A DNA stretch of 47,253 nucleotides. Source: Nemertoderma westbladi (taxonomy: Eukaryota; Animalia; Xenacoelomorpha). Of the stretch, positions 35,125-47,253 are shown in pieces. The notes below the pieces were generated by a model. It saw only the letters and a list, made by a program, of their open reading frames with translations. It searched no databases and had not been told where the DNA came from. The translations under genes were made by a program, and so were the position numbers. The stretch covers positions 1-47,253 of the forward strand of contig JAUCBJ010005287.1 in NCBI GenBank assembly GCA_032718475.1, in the 5' to 3' direction. Each line of letters opens with the position of its first letter. The first letter of the stretch is position 1.

Positions 35125-35476
35125 ATTGGTACCTTGACCTTTCTAGGTAACAATGCCCTTTTTGTAGGGTGATAATTACTGCCATTATACAGCTGATAGT
35201 TAATAAGGTGATATATTGGTTTTGGGTTGTCGAAGTGCATATAGGAATTATTCCTGTAACATGGGTGAGTCGAGATTCAAGTTCACAAGGTTGAAAACAT
35301 ACCAATGGTAGACCTATGCCTATAACTACCCTATAACTAACAACGTGTAAAGATAGTTATGGACTACATTTTATAAAATAAGAAATGGTTTTGGTATTAA
35401 ATTGTATTCATATTTATCTTATCAGCTGATCTTGAAATTATATCCGGCATGAATATCAACCTTCGTAACACAGACA

Positions 35477-38299
35477 CTAGTCACTAGAACTACTGGAAGA
35501 CGATGTAACATAATATTCTTTGCCCTCAAAAACTTTCAGCCATTGGTTCCTGACTTCTCTACTTTCGAACCAAAACGTCTCCTTCACTTTGTCCTTTTTC
35601 ATTAACTGAATTCCGTGTTCTAACGATATCCTGTTCTCACCACGAGTTGTGGTCAACATAGATTTCGGTTGAATTGGTTCTGCGGTAAAATTTTCTAGGG
35701 CGTATATTTTGTCTTTGTTTTTCTGAACTAAGGAACTATTTCGTGTTATGCTCAATTTGTTTTTGTTCTCACCGTTGGATTGTATTTCTCCCCAATATAG
35801 TTTCAGTTTTTTTGTGCTTTTGCTCTTTTTGTATATCATTCCTTCCTTTACAAATTTCAGTAGATGCTATAAATAACCATAAAAGTGATATATAGAATAA
35901 TAATAAATCAGTAGTCATTGGACTAATATTGCTGTGCACCATATTAGGTATAAACCGCGCAGATAGGCCCATTTTTTACTATTTAAAATCCATGAAATTG
36001 TGTTACCCTCTTTTTGCCTAGATTTAGTACAGGATCCAGCCCATGACCCATTAGGAATTTTATATTTGACTGAGCTACCCCACATAGATGTTTATTACAG
36101 ATATGGGACATTATAAAATTATTAGGTAGACTTCACCAAACGGTTGCGCTGGCTTATTAGAGGGTCTTAAACATAGCAACGGAGGAAATTGCCATAGCAA
36201 CAGCTCTTATAGTAAATATGACGATTTAAAATTTATAGCAGATTAATATTTTCGATATGAAGAATTTAATGGCATATTTCGTAAATTTCGTATCCCCCCC
36301 CCCCCCCCCGTAAAATCTAAACGTTTTAGCGAAAACGTGTGATTTTCTGTTTGTACGTAGATTTCTCTAGTCTGAAACCGACCGAAAAAAAATTTCAAAA
36401 AAATATACGGGGTGGTTATATTGCAGCACCAAAATTACAAGTGGTAAACAATTTTCATAAATCTTGAAAGTTACAATTTTCGGCTAATTGTTTTTCAATA
36501 TAGGTTTTCTGGTTCGCAAAATCCATTGGAAAATGTTGAAAAATGATGTGATTACTATTGTTTTAGTCCTCTACGTGTAGGCAAAAAAATGAAAAAAACA
36601 AGTAACCATCACTTTTCAGTTGGAACACAAAATTTTTAATTAACTTATACGATGCTATAAATTCACATTTTTATAGGTTTTCTGGGGCGCTGATTCTAAT
36701 GGACTACATTTCTAATTTGCAGGAACATTGCTACTCGTATTTTTCGGCGTAAAATGGCAAATTTTGTGCTAGCACCAAATTTTGTACCCATCACCAAAAA
36801 GCCAAAAAGTACAAGTTTGATACGACCAGTGCTATTTTTATTGGTTCCATCGTATTCAGAACCCTCACAAACCCGTACGGGTATAACGCAAGAAACGAGA
36901 TGATACAATCTATTGATCAATTTGCTTATTTTCAAAAATTTGGTGCTAGCACAACAAATTTCACCCACCAAATATCGCGGAAAATACAAGTTTTTTCAAA
37001 ACTCTTGCGCAATTTTTACTTTTTCCATTGAATTCAGAACCCTCACAAACCCGTATAACGCAAGAAACAAGGTGACCCAATCTATTGATATACTTGATGG
37101 TTTTAAAAATTTGGTGGTATCACCAAATTTTGCACCCACTTTCGAAAAATACGAGTTTGAAATGTCTATTTTTAGATAATGATTTATTACATTGAATTCA
37201 GAATCGCCATAAGAACCGCGAGAAATACGTTGTCACAAGCAATTTAACTATTGAATGGATTTTCAAAATTTCGTGCTAGCACCAAATTTTGCCACTTCGC
37301 CGAAAAATACAAGTTTGATACGCTAGGTGCAACTTGTATATATTCAATCGAAGCCAGAACCCCAAAAACCCCTATTGCGCTAAAAACAGGTTCAAATTTA
37401 CAAAATTGACATATTTCAAAATTTGGTGCTGGCCCCAAAATTTATCACCCGTCGAAAAAACAAGTTTGAAATTTCGAAATTTAATTATATGAATACAGAT
37501 GATAGAGATGTTACAAATCATATTTCATGCTATATAATTTTCAAAAATCGTCTCAAAAAATGTTCCAAAAGTAGGTTTAAAAAATGGTGCTATAACTCGA
37601 AAACTTCCCAATATTTTTGAAAATGGTTTTCACTATTACAAAGACATTAGTTTTTTAGGAAAAGTCATCAAATTCCAGATTGCCAACTGCGTTTGTTTAA
37701 GAGTTATAACAAAAAAACCACGGGGTGGGGTCATATTGACCCCCCCCCCCCCCCTCTCCGGGTTTAATAGGGTTAAATAATAAATAACTTACCCGTTTGG
37801 ATTCGTCTATGTTCATGTATTGAAAAAAGAATGAGGTCAATATGTCAACATCATTTTTCTCAGCAGCATGTATGTTAATTCGAAATTTGTATTCACCTTC
37901 CCCAAAGATGGAAAGCCCACCACCATATTGTCGTCCAATAAACGATTCAACAAAACGTTTGGTGCGATAAACCGTGATAGGGAATTTACCCAAAGAAAAT
38001 AACCACTTGACAAATTCAGACTTTTTCTCAAACATGAACATGCTACTTCTATCGTTTTCCCCTATCAACGCATCAGGCACTAACTCGTACTCATACAGTG
38101 GACCCTCATTGAGATTATACTCCCCTAACCCATTGTTTTTAGCAAGATCGGGGGAGAATACAAAGAATAGTGAATCATCTGACAGATCGTGGAGAAGTTG
38201 TTCCTGTTTCCGAATTGCATCTGTAATTTTTTCATTGGTACCGGTAGTTACTTGTGGAAGAAGGCTCTTTTCTTCAACTTCCTTTATTTTACGAGGCAT
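35477..38299 (-). CDS. Two-exon gene, paralogue 2: unknown N-terminal domain plus PH domain (about 298 aa)
   Basis: join(complement 37793-38299, 35477-35866); strong phase-0 donor CGG|gtaagt exactly where similarity to paralogue 1 ends; acceptor ttatag|CAT. Confidence 0.78.
36750..37470. repeat. Degenerate tandem repeat of about 150-175 bp with a palindromic core, 5 units, in the intron of paralogue 2
   Basis: AAATTTGGTGCTAGCACCAAATTT-like cores near 36760, 36937, 37108, 37266 and 37419; CAGAACCCTCACAAACCCGTA is also repeated. Confidence 0.7.
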
Positions 38300-38486
38300 T
38301 TTGCATTGAGTATTTATTAAGACAATAATTTATATATTTATGATAAGTCCAGTAGAATCTTCCCTACATAGCAGAGCTAAGAATCAATTTTGTATTGTTG
38401 CTTTGTTTTCATCGATTTATCGATACGGATTATTATTAATTATTCCAAAATATAGACCAAGCAGTTAAGTTTTGTAGTACTTAGTA

Positions 38487-40220
38487 CTAGTGTGTTATAC
38501 TGTATATAGATACACCCCTCTAAAATATTTTTACTAGCTAGTTTTTTCTATTCCTTTTTATGAACATGTTCCTGAAAATGATAGCTAATTTATAAAAATA
38601 AATAAATGTTCTAGAAAAAATATTTTTGTTCTAGAACAATTTAAAAAATAATACAAAATTAATGTACTATTTTTACTTTTCAATAATGTTCTAGAACATC
38701 TTCGCTAATCAGAACTGAGAAAAATAGTTCTAGAACAAATAATTTTTGTTCTAGCGCCAAAGTGGTGAGGGTTGGATACCGATGGGTATCAACACAATAA
38801 AGTACTGTATATAATATATTATTATTAGTATTATATAATCAGGTCAGTATATATTATCACAACTAGTCTGGTACCGGCAAACACAGACAGCGGTACTTTT
38901 TTACTTTAACCCCCCACACCCCACAGATTATTCCACTCTCTATTTTGTGAATTTTTGTCAATTGGATATTGTTCCCCAACACTTGTTGCCTCTGTTGATA
39001 AAAACATTTGTTCTAGAACACTATCTATTGTTACTAGCTATGTTGGTACTAGTGTGTTTTGTGCACACCCCCCCTAAAATGTTTTATACTAGCTAGTTTT
39101 TGTTACTTTTTTTTCAAACACGTTCTAGAACATATTGTCTAGGCCTATTCATTTAATATAAAAATTAGAATATAAAAAATAGAAAAAAACAAGCTAATTT
39201 GTTTATATTTTTATTTTTTTATTGTATGTTATCTTTGTATAAATTTTTTAAACTAGCTAATTTTTGTTTTCTTTTAAAAAAAAATGTTCTAGAGCATATT
39301 ATCTATATTATCTATTCATTTAAATATAAAAATTTTGTTCTGGAACAAATATTATTTGTTCTAGAACAAAAAAAAACAAAAAAAAAATAGCTAATTTGTA
39401 AATTTTGTTAATTTTTTATTCTGTGTTATCTTTGTATTATCACATATTTAATAAAACTCACTAGCTACAATGAAAATTTATAGTTGTAAGTAATTGTTTT
39501 TAACACTTACCGGTACTAATCAAATAAAAAAACACCACAATAACATATTTTTTAATGTTCTAGAACAAAAAATATTTGTTCTAGAACATTACTTTAATAG
39601 ACAATATGTTCTAGAACATTAAAACAATTTGTTTATTTGACATTTTTTGCGCTGTTACTATTGAATTATATATTCTAGAAAACTGTATTTAAATATCTCT
39701 TAGAACATATATCTCTAAAACATTTTTAATAGATATATTTTTCTCATGGTAGCTAGTGTTTTTTTTTACTAGCTAGTATTTTTTGAAATTTTAAATATAC
39801 GGTATATTATATTTATTTATTTTTATATTTTTGTTATTGGTTAAGTGTTCGTGAACATTTACAAGATATTTTTTAGTAAGGTTGCTAGTGGTTTTTTTTA
39901 CTAGGTAAGTATTTTGAATGTTATTATTTTGTCGATAAGCCGGCACAGCATTCTTAAAAATGCAGCTGCAATGCAGCATGCCGATCCTAGTATTTTGAAG
40001 CATGAACTTTGGGGCATGACCTTTTTGGAGCATGAACTAGCTAGAAGTATGCATACACCACTAAAACTAGTACTCATTTAGTAGGTGGTTTGGTGGTACA
40101 TACTTATTACTATATTTGGTATATAAGTATAGACAAGACGATATATAATTGCAGTAGATGACTTTAAGTTTAGATCATATTCCTAGCTACTTATTTAAAT
40201 ACCACATTCTAGAACATGTT
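38487..40220. repeat. AT-rich repetitive element with many GTTCTAGAAC palindromes
   Basis: About 12 TTCTAGAA copies; duplicated block ACTAGTGTGTT...CACCCC.CTAAAAT...ACTAGCTAGTTTTT at 38487 and 39048. Confidence 0.7.
39926..39992 (+). mobile_element. Extreme 3' end of a second RTE-like family
   Basis: Nearly identical to about 45578-45644. Confidence 0.75.
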
Positions 40221-40469
40221 GTCAAGATTTCAAAGAAATTATCAAAAGCATGATCATTACATTAGATATACAATTCACTGTATTCAGATAATAGCGAGAG
40301 TAAGTCTCGCAGAGGCGGCGCTATGGGAAGCTATGAGTCTGCTGCCAAGCATAAGCCTAGGCCTACAGTATGTTTTATGATGTTTTAAAGTTAGACATAG
40401 ACATAGAGCACGTACTTTATTGGTACAGTACATGACGACGATGTGAGAACTTAGAGACGCCGCCATCAT

Positions 40470-42070
40470 AGCAACTCTGGCAACGCAATTAACACAGTTT
40501 CAATAAAACTGCTGACTGAGAACCCAGAGATCTGGTTCTCCCAAGTTGAGTCACAGTTCGTCACCCACAGCATCACCATGGACTCAACAAAAGTACACTG
40601 TGGAATTTTATTACTGCCGTCTGTGGTCACTGCCCTGGACAATGTAACAGCTAAGGAAGTCGGGCCCATCCTACTCAATCCACTGGCCAGAGACCAGTAT
40701 GGGACCTTGAAACATGCCATCATTGCCTCTTTCGGTAAGACTCAGACCCAGAAAGACAATGAACTTCTTTCACTTTCTTGACTCAGAGACCACAAACCAT
40801 CCAGCCTCCTTCACTACATGAGGTCCCTCAATGCCGACCCGGAGACACTCTTCTGGGCGTTATTCCTCTCCCAACACCCGTCCGAAGTGTGACGCATCCT
40901 TGCCAGTTCAAACACCTTCGACCTCGATGTTCTAGCCACCGATGCCGATCACATCATGCAGGCAACCCGGAACGACCCTGTCGACGTTGGAATCGCCAGG
41001 GTGAGAAGAAACAATGCTCCCAGAGCTGCGCAGACCTACCTCGAATCTCTGCTTCTTCCATAAGAAGTTTGGCAATGCTGCATGAAATTGCAACTACAGA
41101 GATTGCTGACTTAGTCACCTTCTCCCCTCCCCAATATCCTTGACTCATGGTTCGGGAAATGCCAGGGCCAACCACTAAACATCTCTGCAGTCGGCTAGAA
41201 TGCGAAGAGAACTATGACTGTGTCGGATCATCGCAGTGGCCAAACTTACCTAGTGGATTGCGGAGTTGAAGTTTCGGTTTCCCCCACCATGGACAATGAC
41301 AAATGCACCCACCCCACTGCACCATTGGTTGCTGTCAATGGCAGTCCGATTGCCACTTGGGGTAAAAGATGATCAACCTCCACCTTGGCAAGGGCCGTGT
41401 CCGTGTCTTCACGCAGGAGTTCCACTTAGTCAATGTTACTTCTCAGATCCTCGGCGCCATCGACCTCACAGGGAGGTCTCTAATCAATATGTCGAACTTC
41501 AAAGCGATCCTGAAAAAGATCGCTTGTTACTCATCTGCTATCGCTGGAATTCACATCGACCATGTCGGACCCTGCTAGCTGCTTCTCAATGGGTTTCTGG
41601 AACTCCATATACCAAGATTCGAGATGACTGCAGCCAACAAACATGGTGTGGAGCACCACATCATTAGTGTGGGACCTCCTCTACACACACGCGCGCACCC
41701 GTCGGCTCAACTCTGAGAAAGTCACGGATGCCAAAGTCACGGATTCCAGCTGTCAGCCACCACAACGTGCCGTCTCATCCCACTTCGTCTGGCATGGCCT
41801 GAAATGCGACATTTTTAGATGGTGCGAAGAGTGTCACACATGCCAATCTAATAAAATTCACCAGCACACCCATGCTCCACTCACACGTCAACAACCCCCT
41901 GATTCCTGGTTCGACTGCCTATACATATACATCGACATGGTTGGCCCTCTACTGGTCTCCAAAGGTATGACCTATGGCTTGTATGACCTGGCTATTTTCG
42001 ATCATAGATTGCTTCAGCTGATGGCCAGAAGTCATCCCAGTTTGTGACTCAACCACCGAGACCTGCACAC
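40470..42070 (+). mobile_element. Heavily decayed Ty3/Gypsy element (CsRN1-like gag, protease, integrase zinc finger)
   Basis: ENPEIWFSQVESQF gag motif; YLVDCG protease; HGVEHHI linker; HFVWHGLKCDIFRWCEECHTCQSNK...IDMVGPL; many frameshifts, RT deleted. Confidence 0.8.
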
Positions 42071-42580
42071 GAGCCCCTAGGAACCGAAGGTAGTTTACAG
42101 TCACAATTCAGCCCTGAAATGAATCTGTGTTGGTTTCATGATTGAGTGATCAAATTCAAAACGGTTCTAACGAATTTCCCAATTCTTTCAACATGGGTAG
42201 ATAGACACCCTAAATCTAAGATCACTCACAAATTTTCAGACTCGGAGGGTCAGCGATCTAATGAAAAATGAATAGGCTAAAAATGAATCTCGATCGAACT
42301 CAACTAATCCAAAACTAAATTTTTAAATTATCGCTAAGAAAATCCCCCTCCATACACTCTATGGTGAGTTGAGATTCAGTTTCACAAGGGGGTCTACCAT
42401 GGCATGCCCATAACTAACCTTCAGTATAACTAACAACTTATAAAGAAAGTCATGTACTACATTATTTAAAATAATGAATTATATATTGTATTAATTAAAT
42501 TGACGTTTTATACATATTAATATTTTCAGCTGATCTTGAAATTATGTCCAGCATAAATATAAACCTACGTTACACAAACA

Positions 42581-42943
42581 TTATCCACTAGAACTCGATG
42601 TAACAGATTCCTTGCCCTCAATAACTTTCAACCATTGGTTCCTGACTTTTATACTTCCGAACCAAAACTTCTCCTTCACTTTGCCCTTTTTCACTAATTG
42701 AATTCCATGTTCTAACAATAGGCCTATCATTCTCTCACCATGATTTGTTGTTATTGGTTCTGCTATGTATTCCTCTAGGGCATAGATTTTGTCTTTGTTT
42801 GTTGCTATTAAGGAACAATCTCGTGTTATGCTCAATTGGTTTTTGTTCTCTCCGGTGGATTTTATTTCTCCCCAATATAGTTTCGGTTTTTTTAAGATTC
42901 TATCTTTGTAGATGATTCCTTCCATTGCAAATTTCCTTAGTCG
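42581..42943 (-). CDS. PH-domain terminal exon, paralogue 3 (upstream exon not seen in the window)
   Basis: ttatag|RLRKFAMEGIIYK...FGSIKVRNQWLKVIEG; same acceptor position and same downstream blocks as the other two. Confidence 0.7.
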   Translation of the reverse strand, partial: RLRKFAMEGIIYKDRILKKPKLYWGEIKSTGENKNQLSITRDCSLIATNKDKIYALEEYIAEPITTNHGERMIGLLLEHGIQLVKKGKVKEKFWFGSIKVRNQWLKVIEGKESVTSSSSG

Positions 42944-43039
42944 CTATAACCATAAATATAATAGGCCTATAGATATAATGAAATTGTAGGGATAAAAGGA
43001 CTACTATTCGATAAAAAAAAATGTAAGTGGAAAATTTGC

Positions 43040-43321
43040 AGGACATTGCTTTCGCCGTGAGGACCATCCAGTGCATAATCTTCTGCTTTGGCAGCCTCAT
43101 GGAGTGAATAAGCATGGTGGGCAGCCCATGATTTTCTTGAGACGTATCTTAAAGGACGCTGGCCTTAAAGATGCGGATGATCTAGCAAATGTCATGGGTG
43201 ATAGGGAGTTGTGGTGGTGCAATTTTGTAGACAAGCCGGCACAGCATTGTTAATATGTTTGTAATATATATTATATATAATGCAGCTGCAATGCAGCATG
43301 CCAATCCTAGTAGTAGTAGTA
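43040..43321 (+). mobile_element. 3' end of the second RTE-like family with (TAG)n tail
   Basis: GHCFRREDHPVHNLLLWQPHG...; ends TAGTAGTAGTAG; second copy at 45395-45645. Confidence 0.8.
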
Positions 43322-45390
43322 AGAGTCTACCGGAGCTAGATCTCGAAGCAATCGACTCTGTGAATGCACTAACTCAAAGTCAGATTAATAAGTTGATGAA
43401 CGAGCAATTAGAGAAGGCGTTGGGAAAATACAGGAGTGTAGATGTAATAGGCGTACCTGAAACACCAACAACCACAATGACTCCCTCGCGGATTGTGACA
43501 TTAGAAGACAATACTCAATGAGCTTAAACATTTGCCTAATGAGGTTAAACAAATCGGATCACTCAAACAAGAAGTTAAGGAAATTTCCAATAAACTGAAC
43601 AGTGCATATGTTATAATCAACCATCAGGAAGCCTACCTTGATAGGATCAATTCCGAAAAACGACAACTAAACTGTTTTCAGGTTTAGATGAAGCCAAGTC
43701 CAAGACTGCAGAGGATGTCCTAGATATGGTGAAGGGTTGAGCGAAGAAATGCGATGATCTGATTGACCAAGTTGCACTCTGGAAGGCTAAGCGTATAGGC
43801 TGACTGCTTTCAGACAACCATAGCAGGATATTTTTTGTTGAGGTTTGAACAGCTGAGACATGATCGAAGCTGTTAACTCGGGCAAAAAATTCTGAAAGCT
43901 GGCGGCACTTATAGTAAAGTGTATATGAAAAAAGATGTGCATCCTCTGGTTTGCAAATAAGAGGCACGTTTGAGGCAATAATATGTGTTCGTGAGGAACG
44001 TGAGTACCCTGAAAACCAGGGTGTTATGGTAAATTACCATGCCATGCTTAACTTACCATGCATAAACAAATCTGGCTTAATGTTCCCATTGACGGGTACT
44101 CATGTTCTTTATTTTATGGTTTAGGGGTGCAGAATCTATGCAAAGAGGACTCCTTAAATATTTGTCATGGAATATATGTAGTGTAAAAGATAAACTGTTA
44201 ATTCCAAATGTACATTAATTATTGGTTGGCTACGATATAGTGTTTGTTTGTGAGTTTAAGACGGCAGATCGCGTTAGTGTACCCGGTTTTATTGCCTATT
44301 CAAATTTACCTGAACAGTCGCATCGGCTGGAATTGTGATGCTGGTAAATTATGATATAAACAATTATATTAACTGTGTTGATACATCGATTGAGGGGCAA
44401 ATATGCACCACTGTATCATTACTTCCTGGCATTTTACATGGGGGGGGGGGGGGGGGGATATATACCACCACACAGGTTATTCTAGTTGGTGATTTGAATG
44501 CCAGGGTTGGGTCACTGCAGCTGAGTATAAAGACCAATGGTTATTCTGAAGCAGCTATCTACTCTGATATATCTGACCCAGTAGTTAACTCAGAGGACTC
44601 TCTCTAGGTTGATCAAGGTCTGCAACTCAACTTCTGGTGTTATCCTAAACCATCTCGAAAATATAAATAGTTGTCGGTTGGGAGGTGGTTTATCTTATAG
44701 ACAGGGCCAGACATGGAAGTCGGAGCCTGACCTAGCTATATCAAGTTCGTCTTGTCTCAATTTGATCAGATCTGTTTATATGCCTAAATCGATATTCTAC
44801 TCTGATCATTCACCATTGGGTTTACAGATTATGATTAACCCGGATGTTTGCTTTTGCTTACTGACGCTACTGGAATGCGCGGGTATCTCGTATTATAACC
44901 AAATGGCGAATTCTATACCTACTACTATAAATTTATATAAATTTTTTTATTTAATACTACTATTTCTCACAGAACTATTAATTGCAATAAATTTACAGAG
45001 TCACTGTCGTCGATTAGTCCACATTATCGATCATTGGTTATTGATTAAAGAGGACTCTAACTCATAAACTGATAAACTGACTCATAAACTTGTTCTCAAT
45101 AGCGTTAACACCATTGGCCAGATGGCTCTTGACAGATATATGAATTCTGAACAAAGTCATCTAAGTGGCGATTCCCGGTAGTATCCGTGATAATGATGCA
45201 AAATATATTTGGACTGCTATAAACTGGAAAAGTCTATTGGATGATAAGTGTACTTCGTCAATGATACAACCCACAGATGAATGCTTTAAAACTCGCTTCA
45301 AGAACTTGCTAGGCGAATCTACATCCACTACTACAGTACCACAGACTCCATCTCCATTCGAGTTGGTTGATAGTGCATCGAATCAACATC
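43322..45390 (+). mobile_element. Decayed two-ORF LINE (ORF1-like coiled coil, then APE remnant)
   Basis: Broken ORF1-like frames 43322-44050; APE motifs ILVGDLNARVG and SDHSPL. Confidence 0.65.
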
Positions 45391-45394
45391 ATAT

Positions 45395-45645
45395 CTGCCA
45401 CGTTTAGATGACCATGATAGACAGCCAGTGCATAATCGTGTACTTTGGCAGCCTCATAGAGCGAATAGCATGGTGGACAGCCCATGACTTTCCTGAGACG
45501 CATCTTAAAGGACACTGGCCTTGAAGATGCGGATGATCTAGCAAATGTCATGGGTGATAGGGAGTTGTGGCGGTGCAATTTTGTCGACAAGCCGGCACAG
45601 CATTCTTAAAAATGCAGCTGCAATGCAGCATGTCGATCCTAGTAG
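45395..45645 (+). mobile_element. Second copy of the RTE-like 3' end
   Basis: Direct repeat of about 43060-43312. Confidence 0.8.
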
Positions 45646-45804
45646 TTGTTTGCGACGAAACATGGATCAAATACGCATTTGCAATAATTAAATACGCAAA
45701 TCAATCAAATCTAGAAATACAAAGGATAGACGGGCCAAAAGATTTAGTGGATGTGTAATTGTTTACTCCAGGGAAGTTTTAGAAAATAATATTATTAGGC
45801 TTAA

Positions 45805-45836
<32 letters not shown>

Positions 45837-47060
45837 CACCATTTTCGGACAACTCTTCGATTTATCACTCTCAGCGTTTCAAAATTGTTTGGTTTTGGCT
45901 AAAATTTGGCATATAGGTGCCTAAGATGCTATTCTACATGACAGGTCAGAAAAAAATTTTTTTTCGCTATTTAATATTAGTTAATACTAGTTAACAATAA
46001 AAAAAACTTGGTTGCGCTTAAAACCCTAAGGCTTTTACAGTTTTGAACCTAATCACATGAAAGTTTTTTTATATGATAGATCAAAGATGGGGCAACATAA
46101 CTATCAGGCGAAATTTTGTTAAAATAATTCTGCACCGCTAGGTGGCGCTGCAAATTTATGCTAATTTTTAGGTTTTTTATAAATAGTATTAAATTTTATT
46201 AACAAAAAATTTCGAAAAGTTGTCTGATACTTTTATGCAGGGTGGCTATCTAGACACCCACAGGAAGTTTCAGACTAATTACTCAAAAATTGTAGAAGTA
46301 GTAGGGTTTTGAAGTTGACAATTTCATGAAAAAAATATTTGGAGATAATCGACCTTTCATTATACATAGTAATAGTAATTTCAATAGGATTCCCTAAATG
46401 GAAATTTACATAACTTGAAAACTAAAAGAGCTATTAAATAGCGGTTTTCAGATTTGGAAACACCATTCAATGGTGCATTATAATAGACCATAAAAAAAAT
46501 TTCGACATATTTTGGACCAAAATGGTGTACCCCCCCCCTTAATGAATTCGAGTCTAAGGACATGATGTGGTTAAACTTCAATAAGTACTATATTGGGCTT
46601 GAGGGAGATTTAATATTATGTGCGTCTTATATACCTCCACAAGGTGCTACCAGTCATAATGGAGATCCTTTACATAAGATTGACTTCATTGGGTCTACAA
46701 TTGGTACATACCATGATACATGTGATACCCTGATTGTTGGTGATTCAAACGCGAGAACCGACATTAACCCCGATATAATAATTAGCGATGATAGATCGCC
46801 TGGGTTAGAAGACCTTTTGCCATTAGATTACAAATTTGACGGTTTTGAATACTGGGGGGATGTTACAAGGGCAAGGTCCAATAGCGACAAAAAGACAAAT
46901 GCATTTGGGAATAAAATTCTAAGTGTGTGTAAAAAACAGGTTTGCGTTTATTTAACGGTAGATTAGGTGCAGATGAGGGTAAAGGCGTGTGTACTTTTCA
47001 TTGTAGAACTAAACAAGTAGTAATAGGCAAATCGACCATTGATTATTTTATAGGCTGGTA
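45646..47060 (+). mobile_element. LINE APE endonuclease remnant interrupted by a MITE
   Basis: DETW, RFSGCVIVY, YIPP, IVGDSNART, LFNGR, STIDYFI motifs. Confidence 0.8.
45805..46538. mobile_element. Non-autonomous TTAA-target DNA transposon (Kolobok-like termini)
   Basis: TTAA|G(n)TTACACCATTTT ... AAAATGGTGTAC(n)|TTAA; removing it restores the APE frame (NNIIRLNEFESKDMMW). Confidence 0.85.
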
Positions 47061-47253
47061 TGTACAGAGACCAAAAGTATGGAACAAGCAAAAACCTAAT
47101 GAGACAAAACGGTATGGTTGGAATATAAAATTTGCTGAAAGGTAGCGCAGTGACCTTGAGTCTGAAAATGTTAAGTGTGCGATGAATGAGGTCCTGGATA
47201 TATGCACAAGCGGTAACCCCAGAGTAGCCCCACACCACACAATATTTAATGAT

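Noticed and set aside
36696-37620. Short ORFs in AT-rich repeats (also 10563-10856, 16883-17633, 39199-40033)
   Set aside because: Low-complexity F/K/I-rich translations of intronic or repeat DNA with no motifs.

Overview
Eukaryotic (animal, probably invertebrate) genomic DNA, AT-rich and dense in repeats. The left half holds a minus-strand SLC6 monoamine transporter gene of the DAT/NET/octopamine-transporter type. I could reconstruct 13 GT-AG exons (21362 to 5286) with consistent phases, giving 600 codons; the terminal exon is unresolved. Its introns carry three minisatellite arrays, a 5'-truncated RTE-type LINE with a target-site duplication, and a nested opposite-strand 358-aa ORF. One array is clearly built from tandem copies of a splice acceptor plus exon start, and a second probably is. 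The right half holds three paralogues of a small gene family (unknown N-terminal domain exon spliced to a PH-domain exon); two have both exons in view, one of them with a GC-AG intron. These sit among decayed Ty3/Gypsy, LINE and DNA-transposon remnants and two minimal hammerhead-like motifs. All calls come from manual reading; no database searches were run.
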